Source of the DNA: a virus
Taxonomy: Duplodnaviria > Caudoviricetes
Virus record (IMG/VR): IMGVR_UViG_3300046025_000030
Span: 1 to 46,821 of that record
Strand: one strand, 5' to 3'
DNA: 46,821 bases
In this document: piece by piece, positions 8,935 through 18,929 of the stretch
How the letters are laid out: every line of letters begins with the position of its first letter
Position numbering within the stretch: the first letter of the stretch is position 1
Notes under the pieces: model-generated
Databases searched by the model: none
Told to the model about the DNA's origin: nothing
The model's input: only the letters and a program-made list of their open reading frames with translations
Translations under genes and position numbers: made by a program

Positions 8935-11108
8935 CTGTCACTGACAGACTCCAAACCGGCAACGCAACGATCACCGGCGACGCATCATTCGACGATGGCC
9001 CGTGGACCGTCCACGGCGTCGCCCAAGCCGCCGAAGTAACACAGGGCGTCACCGGCGAGCGACGATACTGGCCACCGGAGGTCTTGCGAGACGCCGCAGC
9101 CCGTCTCGAAGGGGTTCCGATCGTTGACCCGGATGACCACCAAGATCTCGAATCCGGCCAACCCCATCCCGACATCATCATCGGCAAAGTCCTCGAGGCT
9201 GCCTACGACGCCGACCGCGACGCCTTGATCTACAAAGGCGAGGTGGATGACCCCGATCGGGCGCGTCAGATCGCCCGGGGCCGCGTCGATGTCTCTCCGT
9301 CCGTCGCGTTTGAACCTGGCGAGCACGATCCTGAGCGGGACGCCGAACGCGTCAGGGAGATCCTTGGGTACCGCGATCTGGCGATCGTCGCCGACGGCGC
9401 CCACGCCTCAGCGTCGATTCAGCCGGGTACGGCGGAAGCGTTGGCGCGGCACTTCGACGGTCTCCAGTCCCCGAGCGAGGCGAACGAGGTCGATGTCGAC
9501 GTGTCGCCACCCCAGCGCGTTGTCGCCGCGGCGGAGGCCGCCCACCAAGCGGAGGCGGACGACCGTATCCCGGAGTCGTGCGGGACCGGCGTCGGCGACC
9601 GGCGCATGGAGCAAATCATCAATGATGAGCTCGAGCCGGCGGATTTCGTCACACGCTCGGGTGGGACGCCGATCCCGGCCTATCTCTCGAGCCACGAGGG
9701 CGACACGACGACCGACGAGCCGCCAGGCGAGTGGGGCGACGAGTTGTGGGAATCGTGTGGGAACGCGCAGCAAGCGAAGTGGGGGTGGGATGTCGAGTGG
9801 GCCCAGCGGGTCGCGAACGACGTCATGCGGGCGCTCGATGAGCCGCCGGTGTACGAGGGCTTGCAACGGCAGCAAGCCAGGACGCCGGACTACTCGGGAA
9901 CGCAGGATGCCGACTGGTCGACGCCGACGCTCGAGGAGTACCTCCGAGGGTACGACACACTACCCGCACCGGGCGAGGTGGATGGCGTCGAGGATCTCGA
10001 GCGGGATGACCGCTCGCTCATCGCCAGTAAGTCACTGCTCGGCACACCGTCCGGGGAGACGCTGCGGGAGCTACGGACCTTCCCCGTCGTCGACCCGGCG
10101 AGCGATGAGCTGAACCGTCGCGCCCTGGGGGCGGTCCGGTCCGGCCGCGGGGAGCAGGCTGACATCCCAGATGACGCGCTGGCGAGCGCCCAGCGGCTTG
10201 CTGGCCGGTTGCTCGACGAGGAGTTCGACGCGGACGTCGACGCGGAAGCCACGGCCGCGTCGGGGGATGTCGAGACGGGCTCGCTCGTCCGCTGGCAGAC
10301 CGGCGACGGCCGTGTGTATGGCCGCGTGATAGAGGCCAGCGGTAATGCGGAGCGGCTTGAGGAGATCGCCGGCGACGAGGATAGTGAGTCGCCGGTGGTG
10401 CTCGTCGAGCGGTATCGGCCGGACGGGGACGGCGGCGTCGAACCGTCCGGCACGATCACCGGCCATTCTCGGGAGTCGTTGACCGTCGTGGACGAGCTCC
10501 CAGCGGGATTCCCATCGAGTGATGACGACCCTGACGAGACTATGGGTTCGAGCACACCCACCGAAGACGACGATAGCGAGACTGTGAGTGATAGACTCAT
10601 GGACGACCTAACTGATGCCGAACGCGAGCTGCTCGCCGCGGCCCGACAACTCGACGACCCCGCGGTCGTCGAGACCGAGGCTGCGGAGCGGCTCTCCGAC
10701 CATGACGCACTGCTCGAGACGGCCACCGAGACCGACGACCCGGTGGTCGTCTCCGAACCCGACTACACAGCGCTCGAACAACGCGTCACAGCGGTCCGCG
10801 ACGTCTTGGCGGACGCACTCCAGGCGCAAACGGGGCTGTCGGAGCCAGCGATTGAGGCGATGCCGTTCGAGGCCTTGGCGGCGGAGTTCGAGGCCGACGA
10901 CGGCGCACTCAACGTCGAATCCCTGGCGCAGTCCCCCGAGACCGGCAGCGGCCCCAGCGACCCAAACCTCTCCAGCGAGGACCGGGAACGCAAGCAGGAG
11001 ATCGAAGAACGCCTCTCCACGCTCGACGGGGAGGAGAGTGCGCTCGCCGAGCGGGAAGTGGAGCGGCTCGAGACTGAACTCGACGCCATCACCGAGGTGG
11101 AGGGATGA
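8931..11108 (+). CDS. Prohead maturation protease fused to accessory domains and a C-terminal scaffold
   Basis: N-terminal ~170 aa protease-like (PIVDPDDH, VDVSPS, DLAIVADGA), C-terminal coiled coil, located between MuF and capsid genes. Confidence 0.75.
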   Translation: MTVTDRLQTGNATITGDASFDDGPWTVHGVAQAAEVTQGVTGERRYWPPEVLRDAAARLEGVPIVDPDDHQDLESGQPHPDIIIGKVLEAAYDADRDALIYKGEVDDPDRARQIARGRVDVSPSVAFEPGEHDPERDAERVREILGYRDLAIVADGAHASASIQPGTAEALARHFDGLQSPSEANEVDVDVSPPQRVVAAAEAAHQAEADDRIPESCGTGVGDRRMEQIINDELEPADFVTRSGGTPIPAYLSSHEGDTTTDEPPGEWGDELWESCGNAQQAKWGWDVEWAQRVANDVMRALDEPPVYEGLQRQQARTPDYSGTQDADWSTPTLEEYLRGYDTLPAPGEVDGVEDLERDDRSLIASKSLLGTPSGETLRELRTFPVVDPASDELNRRALGAVRSGRGEQADIPDDALASAQRLAGRLLDEEFDADVDAEATAASGDVETGSLVRWQTGDGRVYGRVIEASGNAERLEEIAGDEDSESPVVLVERYRPDGDGGVEPSGTITGHSRESLTVVDELPAGFPSSDDDPDETMGSSTPTEDDDSETVSDRLMDDLTDAERELLAAARQLDDPAVVETEAAERLSDHDALLETATETDDPVVVSEPDYTALEQRVTAVRDVLADALQAQTGLSEPAIEAMPFEALAAEFEADDGALNVESLAQSPETGSGPSDPNLSSEDRERKQEIEERLSTLDGEESALAEREVERLETELDAITEVEG

Positions 11109-11503
11109 GTCTCGAGCCGGGGCAGTCGCACAAGGGCGACGCCCACCATACCGAGACCCGCACGGCCGCCGAAGCCCTGTCATCGGGTGACGCGGTCGCG
11201 CTCGACGGGAATGGTGAGCTCGTCACGGCCGACGACACGAACGACCCGACGGTGTACGGCGTTGTCGGCTACTACCCCGACGGCGTAAAATCCGGTGACG
11301 AGGTCCTCGTCACGCACAGCGGCCCGGTTGTGGCGAACGTCGCGACCGGCACCGGTCCCGGTGTCGAAGTCACATCGTCGGGGACCGAGGGCGAACTCGC
11401 GGCTGGGAGTTCGGCGAAGGGGATCGTGACGATGTACGGCGAGGCCGAGGCGCCTGGCGGCATCCCCGAGATCCCTGACGGCTACGCGCACGTCAACATC
11501 TAA
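11105..11503 (+). CDS. Capsid decoration/cement protein
   Basis: AAEALSSGDAVALD..GVV pattern, 132 aa, directly before the capsid gene. Confidence 0.7.
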   Translation: MSLEPGQSHKGDAHHTETRTAAEALSSGDAVALDGNGELVTADDTNDPTVYGVVGYYPDGVKSGDEVLVTHSGPVVANVATGTGPGVEVTSSGTEGELAAGSSAKGIVTMYGEAEAPGGIPEIPDGYAHVNI

Positions 11504-11522
11504 CCAGTGAGGACCAATAGAA

Positions 11523-12359
11523 ATGGCACTTCCTGACATCAATCAAATTGTCGACCCTTCGACCGTCTCACAGCTGGCGGCCGAGCGGGTCGAAGCACGC
11601 ACAGTTGTCCGTGACTTCTTCATGGAGCCGCCGGGTGGCGTCCCGGATGGCGCCGGTGAAGAGTTCACGGTGCCGGTTCCGGCGGAGGAACTCGGCGAAC
11701 CCGAGGAGGTCGAGCCGGGCGCGGACACGACCTACGACCGCGAAACGTACGGTCGGCCCGTGCTCGCGCGCCGGATCTGGAAGAAGGGCTCGAAGATCCC
11801 CGAGGAGGACATCAACGACAACCTCTTCGACCTCGTGGACGACCACTTGCTCGGGCACGCGAAGAACATGGCCAAGCGCTTCGACCGCGCGGCCTTCAGC
11901 GTCTTGGACGACGCGGCGCCCGCCGCGGAGGCGGTTGGGAATGCTGACGGGACGCTGTCGTTTCAGGACATCAACGCGGGCGTGACCGAGCTCGCTAACC
12001 GTGGCGACGATGGCTACATCGCCGACATGGCGCTCGTCGGCAGCGCGGGGAAGGAGTCGATTACGAACTTCCTTGCCGAGCGCGGGACGGAGATCGGTGA
12101 TGAGGTCGTGCGGAACGGCGAGATCGGGGAGTTCGGCGGGTTGATGTACCTGCATACGACGAACGTGGACCTTGACGCCACCGGGAACCCGGAGGCGATC
12201 GTCGTTGACTCAAGCGAGTTCGGCTACGAAGGCGAATGGCAACCGGTTGACACCGACCAGGAGACCGATTTCGACGCGGACGCGGTCAAGGTGAAGATCA
12301 AAGCCGCGGCCGGATGGGCGGTAAAGCGTGAGGATGCTGCGGTCCGAGTAGAGGGGTGA
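11523..12359 (+). CDS. Major capsid protein (HK97 fold)
   Basis: Position; E-loop-like PEEVEPGAD segment; AKNMAKRFDRAAF backbone helix; C-terminal VKREDAAVRV. Confidence 0.85.
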   Translation: MALPDINQIVDPSTVSQLAAERVEARTVVRDFFMEPPGGVPDGAGEEFTVPVPAEELGEPEEVEPGADTTYDRETYGRPVLARRIWKKGSKIPEEDINDNLFDLVDDHLLGHAKNMAKRFDRAAFSVLDDAAPAAEAVGNADGTLSFQDINAGVTELANRGDDGYIADMALVGSAGKESITNFLAERGTEIGDEVVRNGEIGEFGGLMYLHTTNVDLDATGNPEAIVVDSSEFGYEGEWQPVDTDQETDFDADAVKVKIKAAAGWAVKREDAAVRVEG

Positions 12360-12365
12360 CCCCGG

Positions 12366-12752
12366 ATGAGTCACGAGGTACGTCACACGCGGCAGCCTGA
12401 CATCACGGGCGAGCTCACCATCGGCCTCGCCGAAGACGGGACGCTCCAGTTCGAGGATGGAGTCGCGACGGTCGCGGACGAGGCGCGGGCGGCGGCGATC
12501 GCCGACCGGTACACCGGCATCGAGTACCTCGAGTCGGACGCCGACGCTGACCGCGACGACGACAGCGACGACGAAGCGGAAGCGGAGGGCTTCGACGCCG
12601 CCTCGTTCGTCGACCGGACCCCGATGGATGACGTCGTCGAGGACCTCGAGTCCGGCGACTACGACGACCATCTCGACGCGATCGCGGCAGCCGAAGCCGA
12701 CAAACGTGATCGGGAGGGCGTCGCCGACGCCGTCGACGCGCGGCGGGAGTAA
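12366..12752 (+). CDS. Acidic virion-associated protein
   Basis: 128-aa ORF with halophilic composition inside the head-tail cluster. Confidence 0.7.
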   Translation: MSHEVRHTRQPDITGELTIGLAEDGTLQFEDGVATVADEARAAAIADRYTGIEYLESDADADRDDDSDDEAEAEGFDAASFVDRTPMDDVVEDLESGDYDDHLDAIAAAEADKRDREGVADAVDARRE

Positions 12753-12761
12753 CCCCCAGCG

Positions 12762-13148
12762 ATGGCTGAAGCGACCGCGAGCGATGTCCGAGTTGAGATC
12801 GATACAGCGCTCGACGACCCGGCGATCGCGGAACTTGTCCAGCGCATCGAGCGCGAGTGGCAACGCCACTACACCCCAGACGCGTTCGCGGACCGCGCGC
12901 ATATCGCTGATTTCGAGGCGGCGTTAACGGCGCTCCGGATCGCCGAAGGCCGGGACCGCCGCGCAGAATCCGCGTCCACCGGCCGCACCAAAACAGACTA
13001 CGAAACGCAGGAAATAGAGCATCTCCAGCAACGTGTCCGCCGATTGGATCCCGGCGACGAATTCGGGCACTCGGCCATCATCCGTCGGGATAGTGATCGC
13101 CACATCACCACACCCACCCCGGACGATCTCGACACCTACTCGCTGTGA
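12762..13148 (+). CDS. Head-tail adaptor (connector)
   Basis: ATASDVR start, size and position typical of gp6/gp15-like adaptors. Confidence 0.65.
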   Translation: MAEATASDVRVEIDTALDDPAIAELVQRIEREWQRHYTPDAFADRAHIADFEAALTALRIAEGRDRRAESASTGRTKTDYETQEIEHLQQRVRRLDPGDEFGHSAIIRRDSDRHITTPTPDDLDTYSL

Positions 13149-13516
13149 TGGCGTCGTTCGACATCGATATCACGGGGTTGGATGCCGCGTTGGGGTTGTT
13201 TCGGGATATCGAGATGCAGTTCGACGACGACACCGCCTACGTAGTTGGGCCCACCGTCGAATATAGCGTTCACGTTGAGCGGGGGACGAGCAATATGCCG
13301 GCGCGGCCGTTCGTCCGGCCGGCCGCCGAACGCGTCCAACAAGACCCCGGGCTCGCCGCCGCATTCCTCGACACAGGCGTCATCGACGGCGGGGAGGACG
13401 CAATCGTCAAGGCAACGGCGCTGGCGGTCCAGCGGGAAATCCAGCGAATCATCACGAATAAGGGCTTGATTGATACCGGCGCGATGCGGGCCTCGGTCAC
13501 GGTCAGGGAAGTATAG
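13145..13516 (+). CDS. HK97 gp10-like tail completion protein
   Basis: VEYSVHVERGTSNMPARPFVRPA and DTGAMRAS motifs. Confidence 0.8.
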   Translation: MMASFDIDITGLDAALGLFRDIEMQFDDDTAYVVGPTVEYSVHVERGTSNMPARPFVRPAAERVQQDPGLAAAFLDTGVIDGGEDAIVKATALAVQREIQRIITNKGLIDTGAMRASVTVREV

Positions 13517-13518
13517 GT

Positions 13519-13872
13519 ATGGATCGCGCTGTTCGCCGCCTTATCAAGAAACGTGGCGCGCGGTATACCGTCAGGAATGCCGACCGCGACACCACCAGTG
13601 GGGCCAGAGCCACACCGAGCTACAGGGATGACGGGACGGTCACCGGCGTGCTCGAGCGCGGCCCGCGACCGGACGTCGTCGTCGACACCGACGGCACCGG
13701 GGTCGAAGCCGACCTCCAACTCCGCTGTATCGACCCGCATGGGATCCGGGAGGCCGGGAGTGCGGACGGTTACCCGACCCGTCTCCGACACCCTGACGGC
13801 CAGACGTACCGTGTTGAGGCGTCCTACCAGGAGGACAGCGGCGTCACGGTCCTCTCACTCGAGCGAACCTAA
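13519..13872 (+). CDS. Head closure (stopper) protein
   Basis: Size, beta-rich pattern (DGQTYRVE) and synteny. Confidence 0.6.
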   Translation: MDRAVRRLIKKRGARYTVRNADRDTTSGARATPSYRDDGTVTGVLERGPRPDVVVDTDGTGVEADLQLRCIDPHGIREAGSADGYPTRLRHPDGQTYRVEASYQEDSGVTVLSLERT

Positions 13873-13878
13873 CCGATA

Positions 13879-14367
13879 ATGGATGTCAGCGACGACCTCG
13901 TCACCTTCCTCCAGTCACGGGTTGACGAGAGCGCGGTCTCGGTCGGATTCGACTCCGACTCTGATATCGATCATGCCGACTACGACGGCGCCAACCACTA
14001 TCCCCAGATGGCCGTCGTCTCGGAGGACTCACAGGTGCCGGGCGGTGGTCGGACGAAGTACACGGGGATGGATGGCGGGGGCGGCGGCCCAATCCAGGAC
14101 GTGATCGTGAGCGTGCTCGTTGACTGCTGGGGCGGCCCCGAGGACGACCCAGCGTACATCGACACCGATGTGCACCCGGATCTCGTCGCAGCGGAGCTCG
14201 CCGGCGAAGTCTGGGACGCGTGCCTCGACGCGGCAACCATGGGGGCGCCGGAGGGGTACGAGTGGATCAGTGCCGAACCCCCGCGGGACGCCGACGACAC
14301 CACCCGCGACACTGTCCACTACCGCCAACAAGTCATCACCCGCCTTAAACACACCTACACCCCATAG
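13879..14367 (+). CDS. Tail terminator protein
   Basis: YPQMAV and VLVDCW pattern; directly precedes the tube gene. Confidence 0.6.
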   Translation: MDVSDDLVTFLQSRVDESAVSVGFDSDSDIDHADYDGANHYPQMAVVSEDSQVPGGGRTKYTGMDGGGGGPIQDVIVSVLVDCWGGPEDDPAYIDTDVHPDLVAAELAGEVWDACLDAATMGAPEGYEWISAEPPRDADDTTRDTVHYRQQVITRLKHTYTP

Positions 14368-14372
14368 CATCC

Positions 14373-14588
14373 ATGTACGTCCATTCGGAGAACGAGCAGC
14401 TCGTCGAGCTGTTCGACGACGATCTCGTGCCGCCCGAGGGCGATCCGGCGGCGTACCGGCTTGAGTTCACCGACAACCACCTCGCCCAGTGCAAAGACCA
14501 GGTGGGAGAGGCGTACATCGATAATTACGGTGAGATCGAGCCGCACGACCCCAGCGACGACGACCTCAGTGAGGAACCAGACCTATGA
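14373..14588 (+). CDS. Small acidic hypothetical protein
   Basis: 71-aa ORF with ATGA overlap into the tube gene. Confidence 0.65.
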   Translation: MYVHSENEQLVELFDDDLVPPEGDPAAYRLEFTDNHLAQCKDQVGEAYIDNYGEIEPHDPSDDDLSEEPDL

Positions 14589-15826
14589 GTCCGACCGCCA
14601 GTGACACACCAGACAGTGGACAGCTCCCCGGCAGATACGAGTGGGCCGTCGAACCCGTCCGCGGCACCTACCCCACCGACCCTGCGTTCGAACGATTCAG
14701 CGACGTGATCCGGTCGTTCGAGGCCGACGCCGGCGCGCAACTCGGCCGCCAAGACGCCCTCGGCACCATGGATGCCGTCGACCACAACCGCGGCGACGAA
14801 GACCCCTCGGCGTCGATCGACTACGACCTCCAGCGGTTCCCCGTCGACGGCAACGACAACCCCGTGGGTGCGAGCGCGTACGGGCTCCTCAGGAACGAGT
14901 ACAACCGGCTCGCGGGCACGCTGCACGTCGAGGCGCGACGTTTGTACCCCGGGGGGAATGATGATGCCGGGGCTCGTGAGTACGTCGTCGTCCGGGGCGG
15001 CGCTGTTGACACCGTCGACCCGGACCTCGACCCGTCGAGCGAAGACCCAGTCCTGATGTCGCTGGAGTTCCAGCCGGCCCGGGTCCGAAGCTACATCATT
15101 CACCAGCCTGCGGCCGAGACGACGCTGGAGCTGGTCTCGACATCCGACGATGATACCATGGATGCAACCGTTGAGAGTGAGGGCGCCACGACGGCCGAAA
15201 CCATCACGCTGAACGGCACCACGACCGTCACCACGACGGCGTCGTTCAGCGATATCGATGTCGTCCACCTCTCCGCGCCGCCGACCGGCGACGTCACGGT
15301 CTCGGATGGTGGCGGCACGACGCTGCTGGAGCTTGCCGGCGGGGAGACGTATTCGGACGACAACCAGCCGGTTGACGGCGACCGGGGGCTCGCCCCACTG
15401 GGGAGCGGGAGCCGAGCCAGCGAACTCGGCCTCGCGTACGAGCATTTCGTCGGCGACCGCTTCGAACGCCCACCCGGAACGTCCGTCCGGCCACGGGTCA
15501 ACAGCGCCGGCTGGACCATCGAAAACAACGTCGGCACATCATCGTTGCAGGGTACTCGGGCGCCGGCCGTCGATGAATCGACGCGCGAGGCGATTGTCGA
15601 GGCGGACGTCGCCGGCAAGTGGGTCACGCACGAGTCGATGATGGAAAGCCTCCAGAAGACGCAGGCTGACCTCGAGCACGAACTGGACGGCGGCATCATC
15701 ACGTTCCACAACACCGCCCCGACGGATTCAGCGGTGGAGACACGGGAGGCCGACCAGGGCGTCGCGTCGATGAGCGAAACGCTGATGGCGAGCGGGACGC
15801 CGGCGATCACCCTCACCGCGAACTAA
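14585..15826 (+). CDS. Major tail tube protein
   Basis: 413 aa; N-terminal E...GTYPTDP motif; upstream of the chaperone and tape measure genes. Confidence 0.75.
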   Translation: MSPTASDTPDSGQLPGRYEWAVEPVRGTYPTDPAFERFSDVIRSFEADAGAQLGRQDALGTMDAVDHNRGDEDPSASIDYDLQRFPVDGNDNPVGASAYGLLRNEYNRLAGTLHVEARRLYPGGNDDAGAREYVVVRGGAVDTVDPDLDPSSEDPVLMSLEFQPARVRSYIIHQPAAETTLELVSTSDDDTMDATVESEGATTAETITLNGTTTVTTTASFSDIDVVHLSAPPTGDVTVSDGGGTTLLELAGGETYSDDNQPVDGDRGLAPLGSGSRASELGLAYEHFVGDRFERPPGTSVRPRVNSAGWTIENNVGTSSLQGTRAPAVDESTREAIVEADVAGKWVTHESMMESLQKTQADLEHELDGGIITFHNTAPTDSAVETREADQGVASMSETLMASGTPAITLTAN

Positions 15827-15832
15827 CCAAAG

Positions 15833-16231
15833 ATGTCGGACGAGGATCCGCCGTCGATCACGAATCTCGCGCATGAGCGGGGTGAGGACGGTGACCCGCT
15901 CCCGGTCGAACGCGAGATCGATATCAACGGCCGCGGCACATACACCGTCGAGGTGTATCCGGCGACGAGTGGTGAGCGGAATACCTGGCAGCGGACACTC
16001 CGGGAGGAGGGTGAGGAGCTATCGAGTGAGACGGAGGCAGAGTTGTTAGACGAGTTTGCTGCGCACGAACCCGACGAGTTCAACGCCGCGGACTCTTGGA
16101 TGGATGTCCGGCCAGCTATCACGGACGCAGTTGGGGAGGTCATCATGGCGGAGCTGTTCGACGTCCCGGAGGACCAGTTTTTTGAGGCGCTCGATGAATG
16201 GTCCGGGGAGGCTGCTCGGGAGGGAAACTGA
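15833..16231 (+). CDS. Tail assembly chaperone (gpG-like)
   Basis: Between tube and tape measure; ends in the slippery G GGA AAC. Confidence 0.8.
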   Translation: MSDEDPPSITNLAHERGEDGDPLPVEREIDINGRGTYTVEVYPATSGERNTWQRTLREEGEELSSETEAELLDEFAAHEPDEFNAADSWMDVRPAITDAVGEVIMAELFDVPEDQFFEALDEWSGEAAREGN

Positions 16232-16470
16232 GTAAAGTCGAGCTTCGGGCGGCGTTCGATGCGTGGGCGCATGCCGAGGCGGGGTTGACGTTTCAGGACC
16301 TCGCGTCGTATACGCAGCAGGAGCTCGTTCGGTTGCAGTTGGGGTGGTTGATCCGGGAGCAGCCGGACGCAGAACAGGGCCCGTCGGGGATGGGGGGTCG
16401 TCGGGCCGAGTTCCGGCGGCGGCATCGGGAGCGCAGGGAGGAGGTGTTCGGAGACCTCGGAATACACTAA
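16222..16470 (+). CDS. -1 frameshift extension of the tail chaperone (gpGT-like, about 212 aa in total)
   Basis: Heptamer GGGAAAC at 16222-16228 just before the TGA; the -1 frame stays open (KLSKVELRAAFDAWAH...) to 16470. Confidence 0.8.
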   Translation, partial: GKLSKVELRAAFDAWAHAEAGLTFQDLASYTQQELVRLQLGWLIREQPDAEQGPSGMGGRRAEFRRRHRERREEVFGDLGIH

Positions 16471-16766
16471 TCAGCCTCTTGGTCAGGGAGTTTCTCTCTG
16501 ACGACGTCGCGCTTACTGCGAGCGATATAGGCGCCACCGAGGTAGCAGACCACGATCAACCCAAACAGCCAATTTATCGTCACCTCCGGCGACGACGCCG
16601 CGAACATCCCGTACAGCACCGCCCCGACGATGGCGGCGATGATCGGGAGATACACAACCAGGTTCAGTAAATACCGCTCTCTGGTCATTCGCTTGTCCCC
16701 GCAATGTGGGCACTGCTTTGCTTGTGGCTGAATTTCCTCCGCACAGCTTTCACAGCTGACCGACAT
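16467..16766 (-). CDS. Zinc-ribbon plus 2-TM membrane protein (moron)
   Basis: CESC..CPHCG followed by two hydrophobic helices; opposite strand inside the tail operon. Confidence 0.8.
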   Translation of the reverse strand: MSVSCESCAEEIQPQAKQCPHCGDKRMTRERYLLNLVVYLPIIAAIVGAVLYGMFAASSPEVTINWLFGLIVVCYLGGAYIARSKRDVVREKLPDQEAD

Positions 16767-16787
16767 GCACCCCTGCTCGCAGCCCAC

Positions 16788-16794
16788 ATATATA
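16788..16794 (-). promoter_or_regulatory. TATA box for the moron gene (leaderless)
   Basis: TATATAT 22-28 nt upstream of the ATG at 16766. Confidence 0.55.
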
Positions 16795-16830
16795 GAGGGC
16801 TAGCCCGGTCGACCCCGGCTAATCAGTACC

Positions 16831-18924
16831 ATGGTTCGGAATCCAGTCGCCAGCGAACAAGTTCAGGTCGCCGTCAGCGGCGACACCGCCGGCTTCCAAA
16901 ACAGCATCCGACAAGCAGCTGGCCAACTATCATCCTTCAGGGCCGCCGCCGGTGGCGCCGGCGCCGCCTTAGCGGCACTCGCCGTCGCTGGATTCGCCAA
17001 AGCAACCAAAGCCGCCGCCTCGTTCGAGGAAGCGATGGTCGGCGTCGAGAAGGTGACGTCGGCTGAAACGGCGGCCCAACTGAGCGAGGAGCTCCGCGGG
17101 ATGGCTGAGACCGTGCCGATCGCCCAGGAAGAGCTGGCTGGCATCGCGGAACAAGCTGGCCGACTCGGCATCGAAGGCACGGCGAACATCCGCCGCTTCA
17201 CCAGGGTCACGGGGGAGATGGTGACCGCGACTGACCTCACGGCCGACCAAGCAGCCGACGCGTTTGCCCGGCTGACCGAGCTCACCGACATTTCGACAGA
17301 TGAGGTCCGAGAGCTCGGCAGCAGCATCAATAGGCTCTCGAATAACATGGCGACCTCAAGTTCGGAGATCGTCAATTCGATGCTCAGGTCGAGTGCCGCG
17401 TTGTCCTCGCTCGGCGTCCAGGCCGAAGACCAACTGGCGTTGTCGGCCTCACTGAATGAAGTGAGTGAGAACGCTGCTCGAGCGGGGACGCGGTTGAAGC
17501 GTGTGGCCCAGGAACTCCAGGACCCGAAGAAGGCACAGGATTTCGCGAACGCGCTCGGGGTGTCCGCATCGGAGTTCGAGCGGATGCGGCAGGAAAACCC
17601 GGCGGAATTAATTAAGACGCTCGCTGCAACGCTGGCCGAGGGCGGCGCGGCCGCAGACACCTTGCGAGAGAACTTTTCGTCGGCGAGCCGAGGCGCATTA
17701 GGGGCGTTCGCGCAGAACCTCGAGAGCATCGAAACTGCCCAAAGAGACGTGAACCGTGAGTTCGAGGAATCAACGTCGCTCACTGAAGAGTTCGAGACGG
17801 CCACGGACACGTTCAATTCGGAACTCCAATTGACGAAGAACGCGCTACGGAACGTCGGGATCACGACCGGGAACCGGACCTTGCCGGCGCTAACGGATCT
17901 TCTCGGTGGTGTCCGTGGTGCAATTGAGGCGTTTGGCGAGTTCAACGAGTCGACTGACGGGCTCGCCGGGAGTCTCGGGTTGGCGACCGCGGCGATCGGT
18001 GGCACGGGGGTGGCGTTGGCGGCGTTCGTAAGCGGTCCGGTTGGGCTCGCTGCGGCCGCGATCGGGACGCTTGCTGCAGCGGTCGCAGCCGACTTCGCCG
18101 GGATACGAAGTACCGGCATCCGATTGGCAGAAGACCTCGGTGGAACGCTGTCGCGATCCTTCAGCCGGCTTAGCAATTCGGCATTGGCGAGTGTCGGGAA
18201 CATATTGCCGAAATGGTATGACTTCGAACGGTCGCTTTCACAAGGAATCGACACGATCGCGATCGGTATTGCGTCGATGGTTGATGCCATCTCGACGGGG
18301 CTCGAGATCGTGCTGCAGAATATGCGGGATGCCGGTCGGGCGGCGGTCGCTGTTGCGAACGGTGAGTTCAAGAAGGCCCAAGAGATCGCGACTGAGACGC
18401 TCCAAGATACGAAGGAGGATGCCGGCGATCTCTTATCGCGTCTTGAAGAGCGGGGTACAGCGGGGCGGCGGCGGGCGGCGCGGCGCCGGGGGGGACAGTC
18501 GGGGGTGCCGGGCGGCGGGGAGTCATCCGGCGGGGGCGATGGGGGTAGTCCGGGTATACCTGGCGGTGGTGGCGGCAGTGCCGGCGGGGGTGGCGCGGCA
18601 ACTGGCGCACCAGCCGGCGCCGGCGCGGCTGCCGCAACCGGAGGTACCGGCGGCGGCGGTAGCGGCGGGCCGGGGGGTGCGCCGGCGTGGACGACGTCGT
18701 TGAACACGACCCTCGACTCACTCCAGTCGTCAATCACGGAGTTGACGGCAACCTCGGTGGTCGCCGACGCCGTCGCCGACGCCGTCGACGGCGCCACACT
18801 CACACTCCGCGGCGATCTCGGGGACCTCGCCACCATGGACGAGGTCGAGGCGACGCTGCGGGAGTCGAGCCGGCGTGAGGGCCGGCGGGCGCGTGACCTC
18901 GGCGCCGGAGGCGGCATCCGATAA
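16831..18924 (+). CDS. Tail tape measure protein (TP901-like family)
   Basis: 697 aa, Ala-rich helical; FEEAMVGVEKVT and AGTRLK motifs; Gly-rich linker near 18460-18690. Confidence 0.92.
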   Translation: MVRNPVASEQVQVAVSGDTAGFQNSIRQAAGQLSSFRAAAGGAGAALAALAVAGFAKATKAAASFEEAMVGVEKVTSAETAAQLSEELRGMAETVPIAQEELAGIAEQAGRLGIEGTANIRRFTRVTGEMVTATDLTADQAADAFARLTELTDISTDEVRELGSSINRLSNNMATSSSEIVNSMLRSSAALSSLGVQAEDQLALSASLNEVSENAARAGTRLKRVAQELQDPKKAQDFANALGVSASEFERMRQENPAELIKTLAATLAEGGAAADTLRENFSSASRGALGAFAQNLESIETAQRDVNREFEESTSLTEEFETATDTFNSELQLTKNALRNVGITTGNRTLPALTDLLGGVRGAIEAFGEFNESTDGLAGSLGLATAAIGGTGVALAAFVSGPVGLAAAAIGTLAAAVAADFAGIRSTGIRLAEDLGGTLSRSFSRLSNSALASVGNILPKWYDFERSLSQGIDTIAIGIASMVDAISTGLEIVLQNMRDAGRAAVAVANGEFKKAQEIATETLQDTKEDAGDLLSRLEERGTAGRRRAARRRGGQSGVPGGGESSGGGDGGSPGIPGGGGGSAGGGGAATGAPAGAGAAAATGGTGGGGSGGPGGAPAWTTSLNTTLDSLQSSITELTATSVVADAVADAVDGATLTLRGDLGDLATMDEVEATLRESSRREGRRARDLGAGGGIR

Positions 18925-18929
18925 CGACG

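Noticed and set aside
18460-18690. G-rich low-complexity tract as a DNA repeat element
   Set aside because: Encodes the Gly/Ala linker of the tape measure protein in frame
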